A DNA stretch of 64,000 nt, taken from positions 3,288,001 to 3,352,000 of the forward strand of contig CM075996.1 of assembly GCA_038087875.1 (NCBI GenBank), in the 5' to 3' direction. Of the stretch, positions 1 to 13,539 are shown piece by piece. The DNA comes from Malacoraja senta. Taxonomy: Eukaryota. The notes beneath the pieces were generated by a model. It did not search any database. It was not told where the DNA came from and worked only from the letters and a program-made list of their open reading frames with translations. Both the position numbers and the translations under genes were made by a program. How positions within the stretch are numbered: position 1 is the first letter of the stretch; each line of letters opens with the position of its first letter.

Positions 1-2759
1 ATAACTAAATACTGATACTTTATAAGACCAATGTTTTGTGTGCTTCTAAACTAGGAATAGGAAAAGGCAATAATCAAAATCCTGAATATAGAGTTATACA
101 GCAACGAAGAAACGTTGGCTATCAAGTCTATCCTAAACCTATTTTTCATCATTTGACAGTGTCATGGTGTTTCAAATGTCAAATAAATACTTAAATATTG
201 TGAGATGGTGCCTCCAACAACCATGTTTTCAAATTTCAATCACTCTCCAAGAAAAAATAAAATCATTCAAGTCCTCCATGTCTGTGACCTCTGATCATGA
301 ATACCTCTGCTAAGGTGAAAGATTTCACTATCTGCCCCAAGGGTTCCCAACCTGGTGTAAATTTACCCACAGGGGGTAAATTTCACCTACCCAGGGGGTA
401 AATTTGTTGATTCTGTATACGTACATATTTTTTCTCATTGACTGACTGTGTTTGGTTCTGGTATACCGGTATCTGTTCATCATTAGTTGTTCATAAATAA
501 GTGAAATAACATTGTTATGTGTTATTAAAGTTGCCAGGGGTAAACAGGACGAAAAAATGTTGGGAACCCCTGCTCTACCCAATCCCAACAAGTTTATATT
601 TCTATTCTATATACCTCAATCTGGTAGGTCCTCACATAGCCTTTACTATCCCGAGGAAACCAAACCCAGCCTGTTCAGTCTCTCCTCGTAACTGAAACAC
701 TCCTCCCCAGGTAACATCCATCTTTGCACCCTCTCCAGTGCAATCACACCGTACCTTCATAGTCAGGCTCTTGGGGCTAACGGAATCAAGGGATATGGGG
801 AGAAAGCAGGAACGGGGTACTGATTTTGGATGATCAGCCATGATCACATTGAATGGCTCGAAGGGCCTACTCCTGCACCTATTTTCTATGTTTCTATGTA
901 TTCTTTTAGAGAAAAATACAAGTTCGCAAGACCAAAGAACTTTTCAAATCAATGCAGTAAAATGGCTATTTATTCAATGAAATAGATTTCATTAAACTAG
1001 GTGTAACGGCTGGCTAATTAAACACAAAGTAATTCTCTGTAGAAGACAGCCTGGCTTCATAGATGGGGAGCAGAAAAACATTTTCACTGCTGTATCACTA
1101 AGGGAAACCTTTCATACACAGACTTGACAAGGGGGGTTTCTAGCATTTGAGGGAGGAACTGTGGTGGTACCTTCATCAATCAATGGCAGGGTCTAAGTTA
1201 AATCACTGAACTAGACTGCAAAGGTCAGTCTCAATGATATAGAGGCAGCTTTCTGCGTCCTTTTAATGAATTTAAATTCAAGTACTTAATCGAGCATTTA
1301 ATAACAACAGCAGCCATGATACAACTGGGTTTTTGGAAAAACTAATCGGGTTGATTAATGTTCTTCTCGGTAGTAATCTGCCAACTTTACTCTCGCTGGG
1401 GTGCATGCCAATCCTGACTCACCCAACAATAAATGCCAGCACTACCAATGATGTCCACCTTCCCCAATGAATGAATGAATGAATGGATGAAGTTATGTGC
1501 GAGCTCTCATGAGAACCACAAGCATTGATCAGTTGTAGTTATATGAAATGTTGAAAGGCCATCAACTTGAACCATTAATTGTGCTTCCCTCTCCACAATG
1601 GCATTTCCAATACTTATTTCAGTTTGCAGCATTCACAATATTCTATGAGAAGAATATTGATGTAGCCCACTGTTCCACAGGCCATTAAGCACAGACATGT
1701 TCTGCTGTAATCGGCTAGGTATGATCTGCACCACAATAAATCATGCCTCCTTTAAATGTAAAATGTAATGAGTTTCCCCATTTTATTTTGAATTTATATT
1801 GCCTTGGACTCACTAATTTGTATTTTTTTTTCCAGAGGATTCAATCGAGTCAGGAACTGCAGTTAAATAAGTCTTAACCATCGACTGAACGGTTCCTTGT
1901 TCATTTGCTAACCGTTCAAAGCATTTTGCCTGAAATTAGGAGACGATCAATCTGAATTTCACAGATTTTTTTTTTTAAACAGATGCTGGAAATCTGAAAT
2001 AAGCACAGAAAATATTGGGAAATAGACAACAGGCCAGGCAGTATCTGTGGAAAGTGAAAGAGTTTTGTGGTGAACACAAATGTTATTTTTGATTACAGAT
2101 GCTGCCTGACCTGCTGAACGTTTCCAGCTTTTTCTGTTTTTATTTTATTTCGGAGTCAGAATGCGTGCTGAATTAAAAGTTTCAGGTCACACACACCCTT
2201 ATGTGCAACCAACCCACTGAGGTGGTAAGGCTTCTCACATTAACTCAGGTGGAGGGGAAATTTAGAGCACTGAATTTCTGTTTGAGATTATTTAATCCTC
2301 TGTGTGTACATTCCTTTTTAGATGTAGTCTCCCCGTAACAATCCCCAAAATTATTGGTTTTCAAAAAAACTGCAGAAAATTTAACTGGACAAGTCAAATT
2401 GGCTTTATTAATAGTTTTGCAATTTTGAAGACTTCTTTCCAAATCTTTAAAAATGTTTTTTATTTTACTTCTCTATATTTTGGTGCAACAATGGGAAATA
2501 TATATCTCATATTTGGCTTAAGAATGGACAAAATAGTACTCAGCCCAAGCCTAGATCTTGCTCATCTCCCTAAACTGTAAACAACATTGAAGCCCTTCCC
2601 ACGGAATCACTTTCATGCAACTTCCAATCATAATTACAGGTTTAGGAAATGCAGGACAGAGACATCTAGTCAATAGGATGATTAAATGGTCTAACTTGGT
2701 CTTCTGGAGAAGCCTGATAACTATCAAAGTATGAATCTCTGCGTACAACTACACCCAAT

Positions 2760-3566
<807 letters not shown>

Positions 3567-4380
3567 CTAAGGAGTCAGATTAAACTCTACGGTTATTAAT
3601 GCAGGTTACTGTATTAAGACAAGCATTTACAGTAACTAACATGCACTACAATAAAAAAATAGCGAACAGTGACAAGGAAACATCCCAAAATTCCTCTCAC
3701 CACAGCTGTTGAATATTCTTACCCCCTCCTTTTGCTCTCTGCATGATCCAAAGATAATTGAGTAAATCTGAATCCATAGTTCAGGAGCATAACGGGTGTG
3801 AATATGACATCCAGGAGTTCCCAAATCATAAAATAATTAAACTCTTGGGGATTCAATCAACAACAGGGCACCTGTGTCTTTTGGATTCATGCCACTTTGC
3901 AGTATTTCTGTAACTTTTATGTTGTAGCAGCAGCAGCAGCATCCGGAACTATTGCATAGGGCGGCAAAATAAATATCTACCCTCTCTGTGCATTGCCTAA
4001 CGATGTATGCACATTTCTCAAGGCCCTTTCAGGTACCACTGAGCTATTCTAACTTTCTACACATTTTATCCAGGGCTGGATAACTCCTGGAATAGTCAAC
4101 TAGCACAGTTTGCAAGCCCTGGTGTATAAATAGCACAAACTGTTTCTGTGGTAACTATGAATAAAATACACGGTTCGGTAGGGCAGTCTGAAGAAGGATC
4201 TCGACCCGAAACGTCACCTATTCCTTTTCTCCAGAGATGCTGCCTGACCGCTGAGTTGCTCCAGCATCAGTTCAGTTTAATTTATTGTCATGTGTACCGA
4301 GGTACAATGAAAAGGGGTACTGCATTTTGCATCTATCAATTTTTTATCCTTATGCTGGTGTCTACACTACACAGTATTTA

Positions 4381-4764
<384 letters not shown>

Positions 4765-4865
4765 TTAAACAAATGCATGTTTGGAAAATGAAAATGTTCC
4801 ACGAGTCAATATCCAGCAAGTATGGTTTGTCTCAGTGTTCATGATCTGCAGCGAGTGAATAGAAA

Positions 4866-5140
4866 TGGGCGGCACAGCGGTAGAGTTGCTGCCTTACAGT
4901 AATCCTGACTACGGGTGCTGTCTGTATGGAGTTTGTACGTGTTCCCCGTGACCTGCGTGAGTTTTCCCTGGGCGCTCCGGTTTCCTCCCACACCAAAGAT
5001 GTACAGGTTTGTAGGTTAATTAGCTTGGTAAAATAGTAAATTGTTCCTAGTGTGTAAGTTGGTGTTAGTGTGCGGGCATCGCTGGTCAGCATGGTCGGTG
5101 GGCCAAAGGGCCTGTTTCTGCGCTGTATCTCAAACTAAAA
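4866..5140 (+). mobile_element. tRNA-derived V-SINE (HE1-like); representative copy of a family with more than 10 copies here (e.g. ~8060-8375 -, ~19227-19520 -, ~29452-29755 -, ~34715-34975 -, ~36725-37003 -, ~37830-38130 -, ~51620-51945 -, ~59495-59793 +)
   Basis: tRNA-like head GCAGCGGTAGAG...GGTTCGATCC (intact in the 21944 copy, B box missing in this one), V-domain-like GGAGTTTGTACGTTCTCCCCGTG...GGTTTCCTCCCAC, and a 3' GGGCCGAAGGGCCTGTTTCC tail followed by (CTAAA)n. Confidence 0.8.
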
Positions 5141-5360
5141 TAAGTGAATAAAATGTGACACCTGTGAGTCATTACTGACAGCAGGTCTAAGAACTAGACG
5201 AGATGTTTACTCCATTACCTTGCTAAAGGGAAGTTACTCAGATATGACAGCTCAGAAATTGGCCAAAACGTCGTCTATCCGACCCCTCCACGGATGCTGT
5301 CTGACCCACTCAGTGTCTCCAGCATTGTTTTTCACTCACTGATTGCACCCTACTGCTTAC

Positions 5361-5535
5361 CTGTTTCACAGGTTGTGGGCAGCGTCTGTAGAGATCGGCT
5401 GACGTTTACTTTCATGTCCCTGCTCAGTAAACGGGGAGATGCCCCAATCCAGCTGGGCTCCTCCCAGCTTTGCTTTGCAGATCTCAAATCCATCTTGCTG
5501 GGGCTACTGGGGGCACTGATGGCCCGGTCATACAT
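5361..5535 (-). CDS. MIEF1: MIEF1 coding exon 2
   Basis: Acceptor ttgcag|ATG, donor CAG|gtaagc, 175 nt. Translates MYDRAISAPSSP...SWEEPSW...SRSLQTLPT. Confidence 0.95.
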
Positions 5536-6630
5536 CTGCAAGGTAAAGACAAAAGTGCACAGGATTCTTGAAGGAACAGGTACTGTGTCCCAGTAGAGCG
5601 AGGAAGAAGAGATCAGTACAGATGAAGAAACCGGCTCCCATTCAAGCAGCTTTAGTATCACCTGGGTGACTGGGTGACCCTGCCCTAATTTTCAAACCCA
5701 CTGAAATGACAACAAGCCCCGTCAATAAAGATCAGATGTCCAAGGTGCTTCACAGGAAAGTTACCAAACAAAATCCAGGTGAGAATAAATCTAAGCTTTG
5801 GCCAAATTTTTGAAAAATTAGAAAGGGAGACAAGGAAATTAAAAATAAGTAAATTTAGGGTGTGGGCAGCTGAAGTTACATCTGTCTAAGGAGGGGTTAA
5901 TACTGCAGATGCATCAGAGGCAGAATTGGAAGGTCTCAATATATTCAGAGACAGGAATGATTGTAGGAAAATAGGGCAATGTAAAGAAATGGGTCTTGAG
6001 CCGAAACATCACAAATTCCTTCTCTTCAGAGGTGCTGCCTGTCCCGCTGAGTTACTCCAGCATTTTGTGTCTATCTTAGAGAAATGGAAGCATTGTTCGA
6101 GCAATAGTTAACATGGACAGGGTCGAGGTTTGAAAGAATCTTATCATCGAATAGTGAAAGGCTTGGATAGAGTGGATGTGGAGGATGTTTCCACTAGTGG
6201 GCGAGTCTAGGGCCAGAGGTCACAGCCTCAGAATTAAAGGACGTTCCTTTCAGAAGGAGATGAGAAGGAATTTCTTTAGTCAGGGTGGTGAATCTGTGGA
6301 ATTCTTTACCATAGAAGGCTGTGGAAGCCATCAATGGATATTTTTTAAAGGAGAGATGGATAGATTCTTGTTTAGTACGGGTGCCAGGGGTTATGGGGAG
6401 AAGGCAGGAGAATGGGGTTAGGAGGGGAGATAGATCAGCCATGATTGAATGGCGAAGTAGTCTTGATGGGCCAAATGGCCTAATTCAGCTCCTATCATTT
6501 ATGACCTTATGAATTAGGATGCTTTTGAGAATATTATACAAGATGCGTACCATTTTCTCCATTATGGTTTAAAAATGATTTGAAAATTGAAGACATGAAG
6601 AAAAATGGAAAATGATGACGATATTCTTAC

Positions 6631-6774
6631 CCTCTTAACAGCCAATGTTGCAATGCCCAACACAGCAGCTCCACCGACACCCAACACCAGCCTGGCATTT
6701 GAGAGGACAAAGTCGATGGCATTCCCAACTCCATTATCGCCTTTCTTGCTTTTTCCTTCTCCCATGCCGGCCAT
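6631..6774 (-). CDS. MIEF1: MIEF1 first coding exon (N-terminal outer-mitochondrial-membrane anchor); exon begins at 6790
   Basis: Start context ataATGG. Translates MAGMGEGKSKKGDNGVGNAIDFVLSNARLVLGVGGAAVLGIATLAVKR. Donor AGG|gtaaga, acceptor tttctag| at 6790. The four exons sum to 1380 nt = 459 aa + stop. Confidence 0.96.
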
Positions 6775-7781
6775 TATGAACCGAGGGCACCTAGAAAAGA
6801 AAGTGTGTTAATATTCTTTGTCACTTAAAAAAAAGTGTCAAAATCCATCTCCTTTAATTTAGACGGATTGGGTAGTGCCTGATGAGGAAGAATGTTGACC
6901 TGGAACCAGAAAAACCACCGATGATAACTGGCTTCCTGAACAGGCGTGGCCTAACACATCAACTGACAACACTTGTGTAGGAAGGTGTAGGAAGGAACTG
7001 CAGATGCTCGTTTAAACCAAAAGTAGCTACAAAAAGCTGGAGGAACTCAGCAGGTCAGACAGCATCTGTGGAGAAGATGGGGGTCCCCGAATCTCAGTCT
7101 GAAGAAGGGTCTCAACACCTATTCCTTTTCTCCAGAGATGCCGTCTGACCCACTAAGTTACTCCAGCTTTTTGCGTCTAACTTGAGAATCAAGAATGTTT
7201 TCTCAGGTGGGTCCTGGGTCATTCCTAATGTAAGCCTCAAACCTACAAGCCCAGAGCAACCAACAGAGGTATGTTAGCATATAACCCATTCTACATTTTA
7301 CAGCACATTCTACTTTAATTTAAAACACCAAAACTTTTTCACACAGAGAGTGGTGAATCTCTGGAACTCTCTGCCACAGAGGGTAGTTGAGGCCAGTTCA
7401 TTGGCTATATTTAAGAGGGAGTTAGATGTGGCCCTTGTGGCTAAAGGGATCAGGGGGTATGGAGAGAAGGCAGGTACGGGATACTGAGTTGGATGATCAG
7501 CCATGATCATATTGAATGGTTCAGGCTCGAAGGGCCGAATGGCCTACTCCTGCACCTATTTTCTATGTATCTATAATCGATGCATTATTTCCAAATTACT
7601 ATTATTGCCCTCTCGTAACTATTATTATGAGATATACCCGAGAAAAATAAGTTTTGTGGCTTCAGCCTATTCCTTTTTCGGTCATTGATTATGTGAACGT
7701 TGTGTGAAATGGATACAGTGTTGGTTCATATTCACACAGATTGTAAAGTTTTGTTCTTTTTAATGTATGACCGAAATAAAC

Positions 7782-7838
7782 TATTCATTCATTCTTTCAT
7801 TCATTCATTCATTCATTCATTCATTCATTTATTCATTC
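7782..7838. repeat. (TTCA)n microsatellite
   Basis: Direct reading. Confidence 0.9.
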
Positions 7839-10647
7839 ATATATCTAATAAAACACTAGAAATATCAAATGCCTGAAGATTATTTCAGGTTTTAAGGATG
7901 CAAATATCAAGATGCTTGGAAAATAATATTGCATAGTTAACAAAGATTTATAAAGGGAACCATAATCATATTTGAATACTCTCGAAAGACGTACATGTTT
8001 GTAAGTTACTTGGCTTTGGTAAAAATTGTAAATTGTTCCCAGTTTGTAGGATTGTGATAGTTTAGTTTAGTTTAGAGATACAGCGCGGAAACAGGCCCTT
8101 CGGCCCACCAAGTCCGCACCAACCTGCGATCCCCGCACATTAACACTATCCTGCACCCACTAGGGACAATTTTATGTTTATACCAAGCTGATTGACCTAC
8201 AAACCTGTACCTATTTGGAGTGTGGGAGGAAACCGAAGATCTCGGCGAAAACCCATGCAGGTCACGGGGAGAACGTACAGATTCCGTACAGACAAGCACC
8301 CATAGTCAGGATCGAACCCGAGTCTATTTTTCCAACATTCAACAGTAGCTCTACTGCTACCCCACCGTGCCGCCGTTAGCGTACAGGGATCGCGGGTCGT
8401 TGCGGACTTGGTGGGCCGAAGGGACCGTGTCTGCACTGTATCTCTAAACTAAACCACTGAAGATATTTTGAGGATGTATCTAGAAGGGAAGATGAAATGG
8501 ACGGTGTATTTGGATTTTCAGAAGGCTTTCAATAAGGTTGGGGTACCTGGAATTGGGAGTAATATACCAGAATGGAATGAGAGAATTGCTTAACAGAGAG
8601 AAAAACAAAAGCTGGTAATACACTGGTCCTTCTCAGGGAAGCAGGCTGTGACATGGAGTACCATAGGGACTGGTGCTTGGGCCCTGATTATTCACTATCT
8701 ATACCAATGATCTGGCTGAGGACACCAAGCTTGTCCAGGACAAAAAACAAGGAGAAACACAATGAACATTCAAAGAAGCTTCATGGGGATGTAGTCAATG
8801 GGCCAGATGGCCTTTCTCCTTCCAACATTTCTTATATTTTCCAATTGTGAAATAATGATGGGCATGGTAAATTATTTTTCCTCCTTTAGTTGTCTGTTAG
8901 CATTGCACTCAGTACTCAACAGAAGAAACATTCAGTATGTCCAATACTTTGCACTAATTGGTGAGGAACCACAGAAGGTCACAGTGACCTCCTGCCTAAT
9001 TCTATTTGTGTGGGTTTGTTCATGTAAATCAAGATAAATACCATTGAAAAATATTCCCTCTATTTCCTTGGAGCGTAGGAGACTGGGGGTATTCTTATAT
9101 TCTTAATAAAATCACGAGGGGCATATATAAGGTGAATGCATAGTATTTTTCCCAGGAAACGTATTGAAACGTACAGAATAGTGAAAGGCTTGGATAGAGT
9201 GCAGGTGGAGAGGATGTTTCCACTACTGGCAGAGTCTAGGACTAGAGGTCATAGCCTCAGAATTAAAGGATGTTCTTTTAGGAGGGAGATGAGGAGGAAT
9301 TTCTTTAGTCAGAGGGAGGAGAATCGGTGGAATTCTTTGCCACAGAAGGCTGTGGAGGCCATGGATATTTTTAAGGTAGAGATAGATAGATTCTTGATTA
9401 GTACGGGTGTCAGAGATTATGGGGAGAAGGCAGGAAAATGGGGTTCGGAGGGAGAGATAGATCAGCCATGACTGAATGGCGGAGTAGACTTGATGGGCCG
9501 AATGGCCAAATTCTGCTCCTATCACTTATGATCTTATGAAAGTGGGAATCAAAAACTAGAGGGTGCAGGTGGCGGGTGAGAGAGGAAAGACTTAAAAGGG
9601 AACCAAAGGGCAATTTCACATAGAATTTAGATGATGGTGTCATCACAGAACACCTCCACTGTGGTCCTTTTAAAAATAGATGAGGGCTAATTGTGGGAAG
9701 TATAAAATCACAATTCAGGTTGCGAAGTGACGGTGAAAGTGAGATAAAGCTGACCCAGTTTCAGAGACGAACCACTGAAAATAGAGTAGTTACTGATTAG
9801 CACCTTAGCACAAGGAAGTGTTCAGAATGCTCATGCAATGAAATACTATAAAATTATCAACGGCTTTTTGGAGAATGAAGCATTTCTGCGGTCTAATAAT
9901 TTGCCTGGGATACATGGCATGTTTACTGAGCTTACCCAACAGAGTTTCAAACATGCTTGATTAGAACACACAAAGATGTAAAGAGACAACAGTGGCCAAA
10001 TTTAAAACCCCAAAAGTGCAGGAAGATTACACTCATATTTTTCCCACATTCAACAAAAGGTTCACAATTCTCTCATTCCAGCACTCATCTCAATCCCATG
10101 GGTCATTGTAGTCAACCCAACTAGAACCAAATATACCCCCTCCCCCTTATAAGTTAATGAGTTCTAGGAACAGAATCAGGCCTTTCAGCTCATCAAGTCT
10201 ACTCCACCATTCAATCATGGCTGATCTATCCTTCCCTCTCAACCTCAATCTCCTGCCTTTGCCCCATAATCCCTGACACCCTAACTAATCAAGAATCTGT
10301 CCATTATCAAAAATATTCATTGACTTGGCCTCCACAGCATTCTGTGGCAATGAATTCCACAGATTCACCATCCTCTGTCTAAAGAAATTCCTCCTCATCT
10401 CCTTTCTAAAGGTGCGTCCTTTTGTCCTAGTCTTTACCACTAGTGGAAACATCCTCTCCACATCCACTCTATCCAGGCCTTTCACTATTCATCACCGTTG
10501 GCAATTCATCACCTTTGACAACCCCACACATCCTGCTTTACAAGCAGCTAGTGGGCTTTCAAAACTCCAAACCTGCAAGCATTAAAAGATCTTAGAAACA
10601 GGGAACAGTACATGGGGACAGCATGGTGGTGCAGCGGTAGAGCTACT

Positions 10648-11440
10648 TTGGTGGCAAAAACAGGAAAGTAGACTATTATCTGAATGGTGGCCGATTAGGA
10701 AAAGGGGAGATGCAAGGAGACCTGGGTGTCATGGTACACCAGTCATTGAAAGCAGGCATGCAGGTGCAGCAGGCAGTGAAGAAAGCGAATGGTATGTTAG
10801 CATTCATAGCAAACGGATTTGAGTATAGGAGCAGGGAGGTTCTACTGCAGTTGTACAGGGTCTTGGTGAGACCACACCTGGAGTATTGCGTACAGTTTTG
10901 ATCTCCTAATCTGAGGAAAGACATTCTTGCCACAGAGGGAGTACAGAGAAGGTTCACCAGACTGATTCCTGGGATGTCAGGACTTTCATATGAAGAAAGA
11001 CTGGATAGACTCGGCTTGTACTCGCTAGAATTTAGAAGATTGAGGGGGGATCTTATAGAAACTTACAAAATTCTTAAGGGGTTGGACAGGCTAGATGCAG
11101 GAAGATTGTTCCCGATGTTGGGGAAGTCCAGAACAAGGGGTTACAGTTTAAGGATAAGGGGGAAGTATTTTAGGACCGAGAGGAGAAAAACATTTTTTCA
11201 CACAGAGAGTGGTGAATCTCTGGAATTCTCTGCCACAGAGGGTAGTTGAGGCCAGTTCATTGGCTATATTTAAGAGGGAGTTAGATGTGGCCCTTGTGGC
11301 CAAAGGGATCAGGGGGTATGGAGAGAAGGCAGGTACATGATACTGAGTTGGATGATCAGCCACGATCATATTGAATGGCGGTGCAGGCTCGAAGGGCCGA
11401 ATCGCCTACTCCTGCACCTATTTTCTATGTCTATGTTTCT
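10648..11440 (+). mobile_element. CR1-clade LINE 3' fragment (HER1-like), nested in a V-SINE; many shorter relatives elsewhere in the window
   Basis: ORF2 C-terminal peptides KKANGMLAFI...LVRPHLEYCVQF and LSYEERLDRLGLYSLEFRRLRGDLIETYKILKG...RTRG, followed by a (CTATGT)-type tail. Confidence 0.88.
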
Positions 11441-11856
11441 ACTGCCTAACAGTGCCAGAGATCCGGGTTCGATCTTGCCTATGGGTGCTTGTCTGTGTGG
11501 AGTTGTACGTTCTCCCTGTGTGGGTTTTCTCCGAGATCTTCGGTTTCCTCCCACACACCAAAGACGTGCATGTTTTGTAGGTTAATTGGCTTGGTATCAA
11601 TTGAAATTGTCACTAATGTGTGTAGGACAGTGTTAGTGTGCAGGGATCGCTGGTTGGTGCGGACTCGGTGGGCCGAAGGGTCCTGTTTCCGCGCTGTATC
11701 TCTAAACTAAACTACAGGACAGGAACAGGCCCTTCGGACCTCGTGCTGGATATGATACCAATCTCATCTGCTTCCACATGATCCATGCCCCTCTATTCCC
11801 TGCAGATCAATGGGACAATCCAAAGGCCTCTTAAATATCAGTATGGTATCTGCCTC

Positions 11857-11894
11857 CACCACCACCACCACCACCACCACCACCACCACCACCA
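11857..11894. repeat. (CAC)n microsatellite
   Basis: Direct reading. Confidence 0.95.
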
Positions 11895-12030
11895 CTGGCA
11901 GCACGTTCCAGGTATTCATCACCATTTATGCAGTAAAAAAAAAACTGCCCCACACATGGAATATTGCATATAACTGGACATAAGAACCTACCAAGAAGTT
12001 TCAAATTTGATGTTATGTTTTAGCAGCAAA

Positions 12031-12243
12031 TTAAACCAGGCCTCCAATCTTGCTCTCGAGAAAATAGAGGCCCTTTTCCAGTTGCTGCGCCTTCTCTTCT
12101 TCCACGCTGAGATGTTGGTTCTTTCTGAATTCCCGCTTGACGAATGTATAGTAGAACTCTCGGTCGGTGTAACGCAGACGGCGCCCCTCACGCAGCAGAG
12201 CGCGGTAAAGGTTCAACACAGCCACACGAGACCAGGCCGCCAT
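12031..12243 (-). CDS. MIURF: AltMiD51 / MIEF1 upstream-ORF microprotein (LYR-motif family, 70 aa), in MIEF1 leader exon 11992-12307
   Basis: [40 protein letters not shown]...QLEKGLYFL has the LYR motif plus downstream EFR and the same 70-aa length as the human protein I recall. Start context gtcATGG. The exon is bounded by acceptor tttctcag| (12307) and donor TTG|gtaggt (11992). Confidence 0.95.
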   Translation of the reverse strand: MAAWSRVAVLNLYRALLREGRRLRYTDREFYYTFVKREFRKNQHLSVEEEKAQQLEKGLYFLESKIGGLV

Positions 12244-13539
12244 GACAGGAGAATCGACCGGGAAAATCAGGGAACGCTCTCCAGTCAGAAGATCATCTTC
12301 GCCATTCCTGAGAAACCGAAAAGAAAAATTGACTCTGGAGGATCTGAGCTATAGGCAGAGGTTGAGTAGGCTGGGACTCCATTCCTTGGAGTGCAGGAGG
12401 ATGAGGGATGATCTTATAGAGGTGCATTAAATCATGAGAGGAATAGATCAGGTAGATGCACAGTTTCTTACCCAAAGTGGGTGAATCGAGGACCAGAGAA
12501 CATAGGTCATAAGTTTAAGGTGAAGAGGAAAAGATTTAATAGGAATCTGAGGGGTAACTTTTTCACACATAGGGCGGAGTGTGTATGGATCAAGCTGCCA
12601 GAGGAGGTAGTTGTGGCAGGGACTATCCCAACTTTTAAGAAGCAGTTAGACAGGTACATGGATAGGACAGGTTTGGAGGGGGGGGGGGGGGGGGGGGGGG
12701 GGATATGGACCAAATGCCAGCATGTGGGACTAGAGTAGCTGGGAAATGTTGGCCGGGTGTGTGCAATTTGGGCTGAAGGGCCTATTTCCACACTTTAATA
12801 CTCTATGACTCTAATAGTAATAGATTTACAGCAGAATGTGAAGCACAGGCCATACCGGCTGCTTGTTTCTAACAGAGATCTTGTGCATCACCAATTCTGT
12901 GTTATCTCAGATGTGAAATTTTGCACACTTTGTCATTTTGAAAGACTTCCTGCCTTCTTGGCTGAAATACTCTAGTCTGGTATCCTCGTGACAAAGAACC
13001 GCAGATGCTGGTTTATACCAAGATAGCCACAAAATGCTGGAGTAACTCAGCCGGTCAGACAGCATCTCTGGGGAAAAGGAATAGGTAAGGTTTTGGGTCA
13101 CAACCCTTCTTCACAACTATGAACCTGTACTCTGAAGGGTCCCGACCTGAAACATATCCTTTTTCTCCAAAGATGCTGCCTGTCCCTCTGAGTTTCTCCA
13201 ACACTTTGTGTCTACCTGGAGTAAAACTCTGCTCAGCCACAGGCAAACTATATTCTGCATTGTGTATCTTCCCGTTTGCCACCACTTATTGTACTTGAGT
13301 TTGTCTTGATTGTATTTATGTATAATAGTATCTGATTTGATTGGATAGTACGCACAACAAATATTTTTACTGTACATGTGACATGTGCCAATTTTACTGG
13401 TACATGTAACAATAACAAACTCCAAACCAGTAATGGGCCCAAACCAGTAATGGGCCCAAACCAGTAATAAACCAAACAATTTAAAAAACGTAAACTTAGA
13501 ATAACCCTAAACCAATTAAACCCAAACCAGTAATGAATC

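Noticed and set aside
11785..11973. Poly-His ORF
   Set aside because: It arises from a (CAC)n microsatellite inside a decayed repeat.
12007..12354. 115-aa plus-strand ORF and the overlapping minus-strand ORF at 11988-12191
   Set aside because: These are antisense or alternate-frame shadows of the AltMiD51 exon with no recognisable motif.
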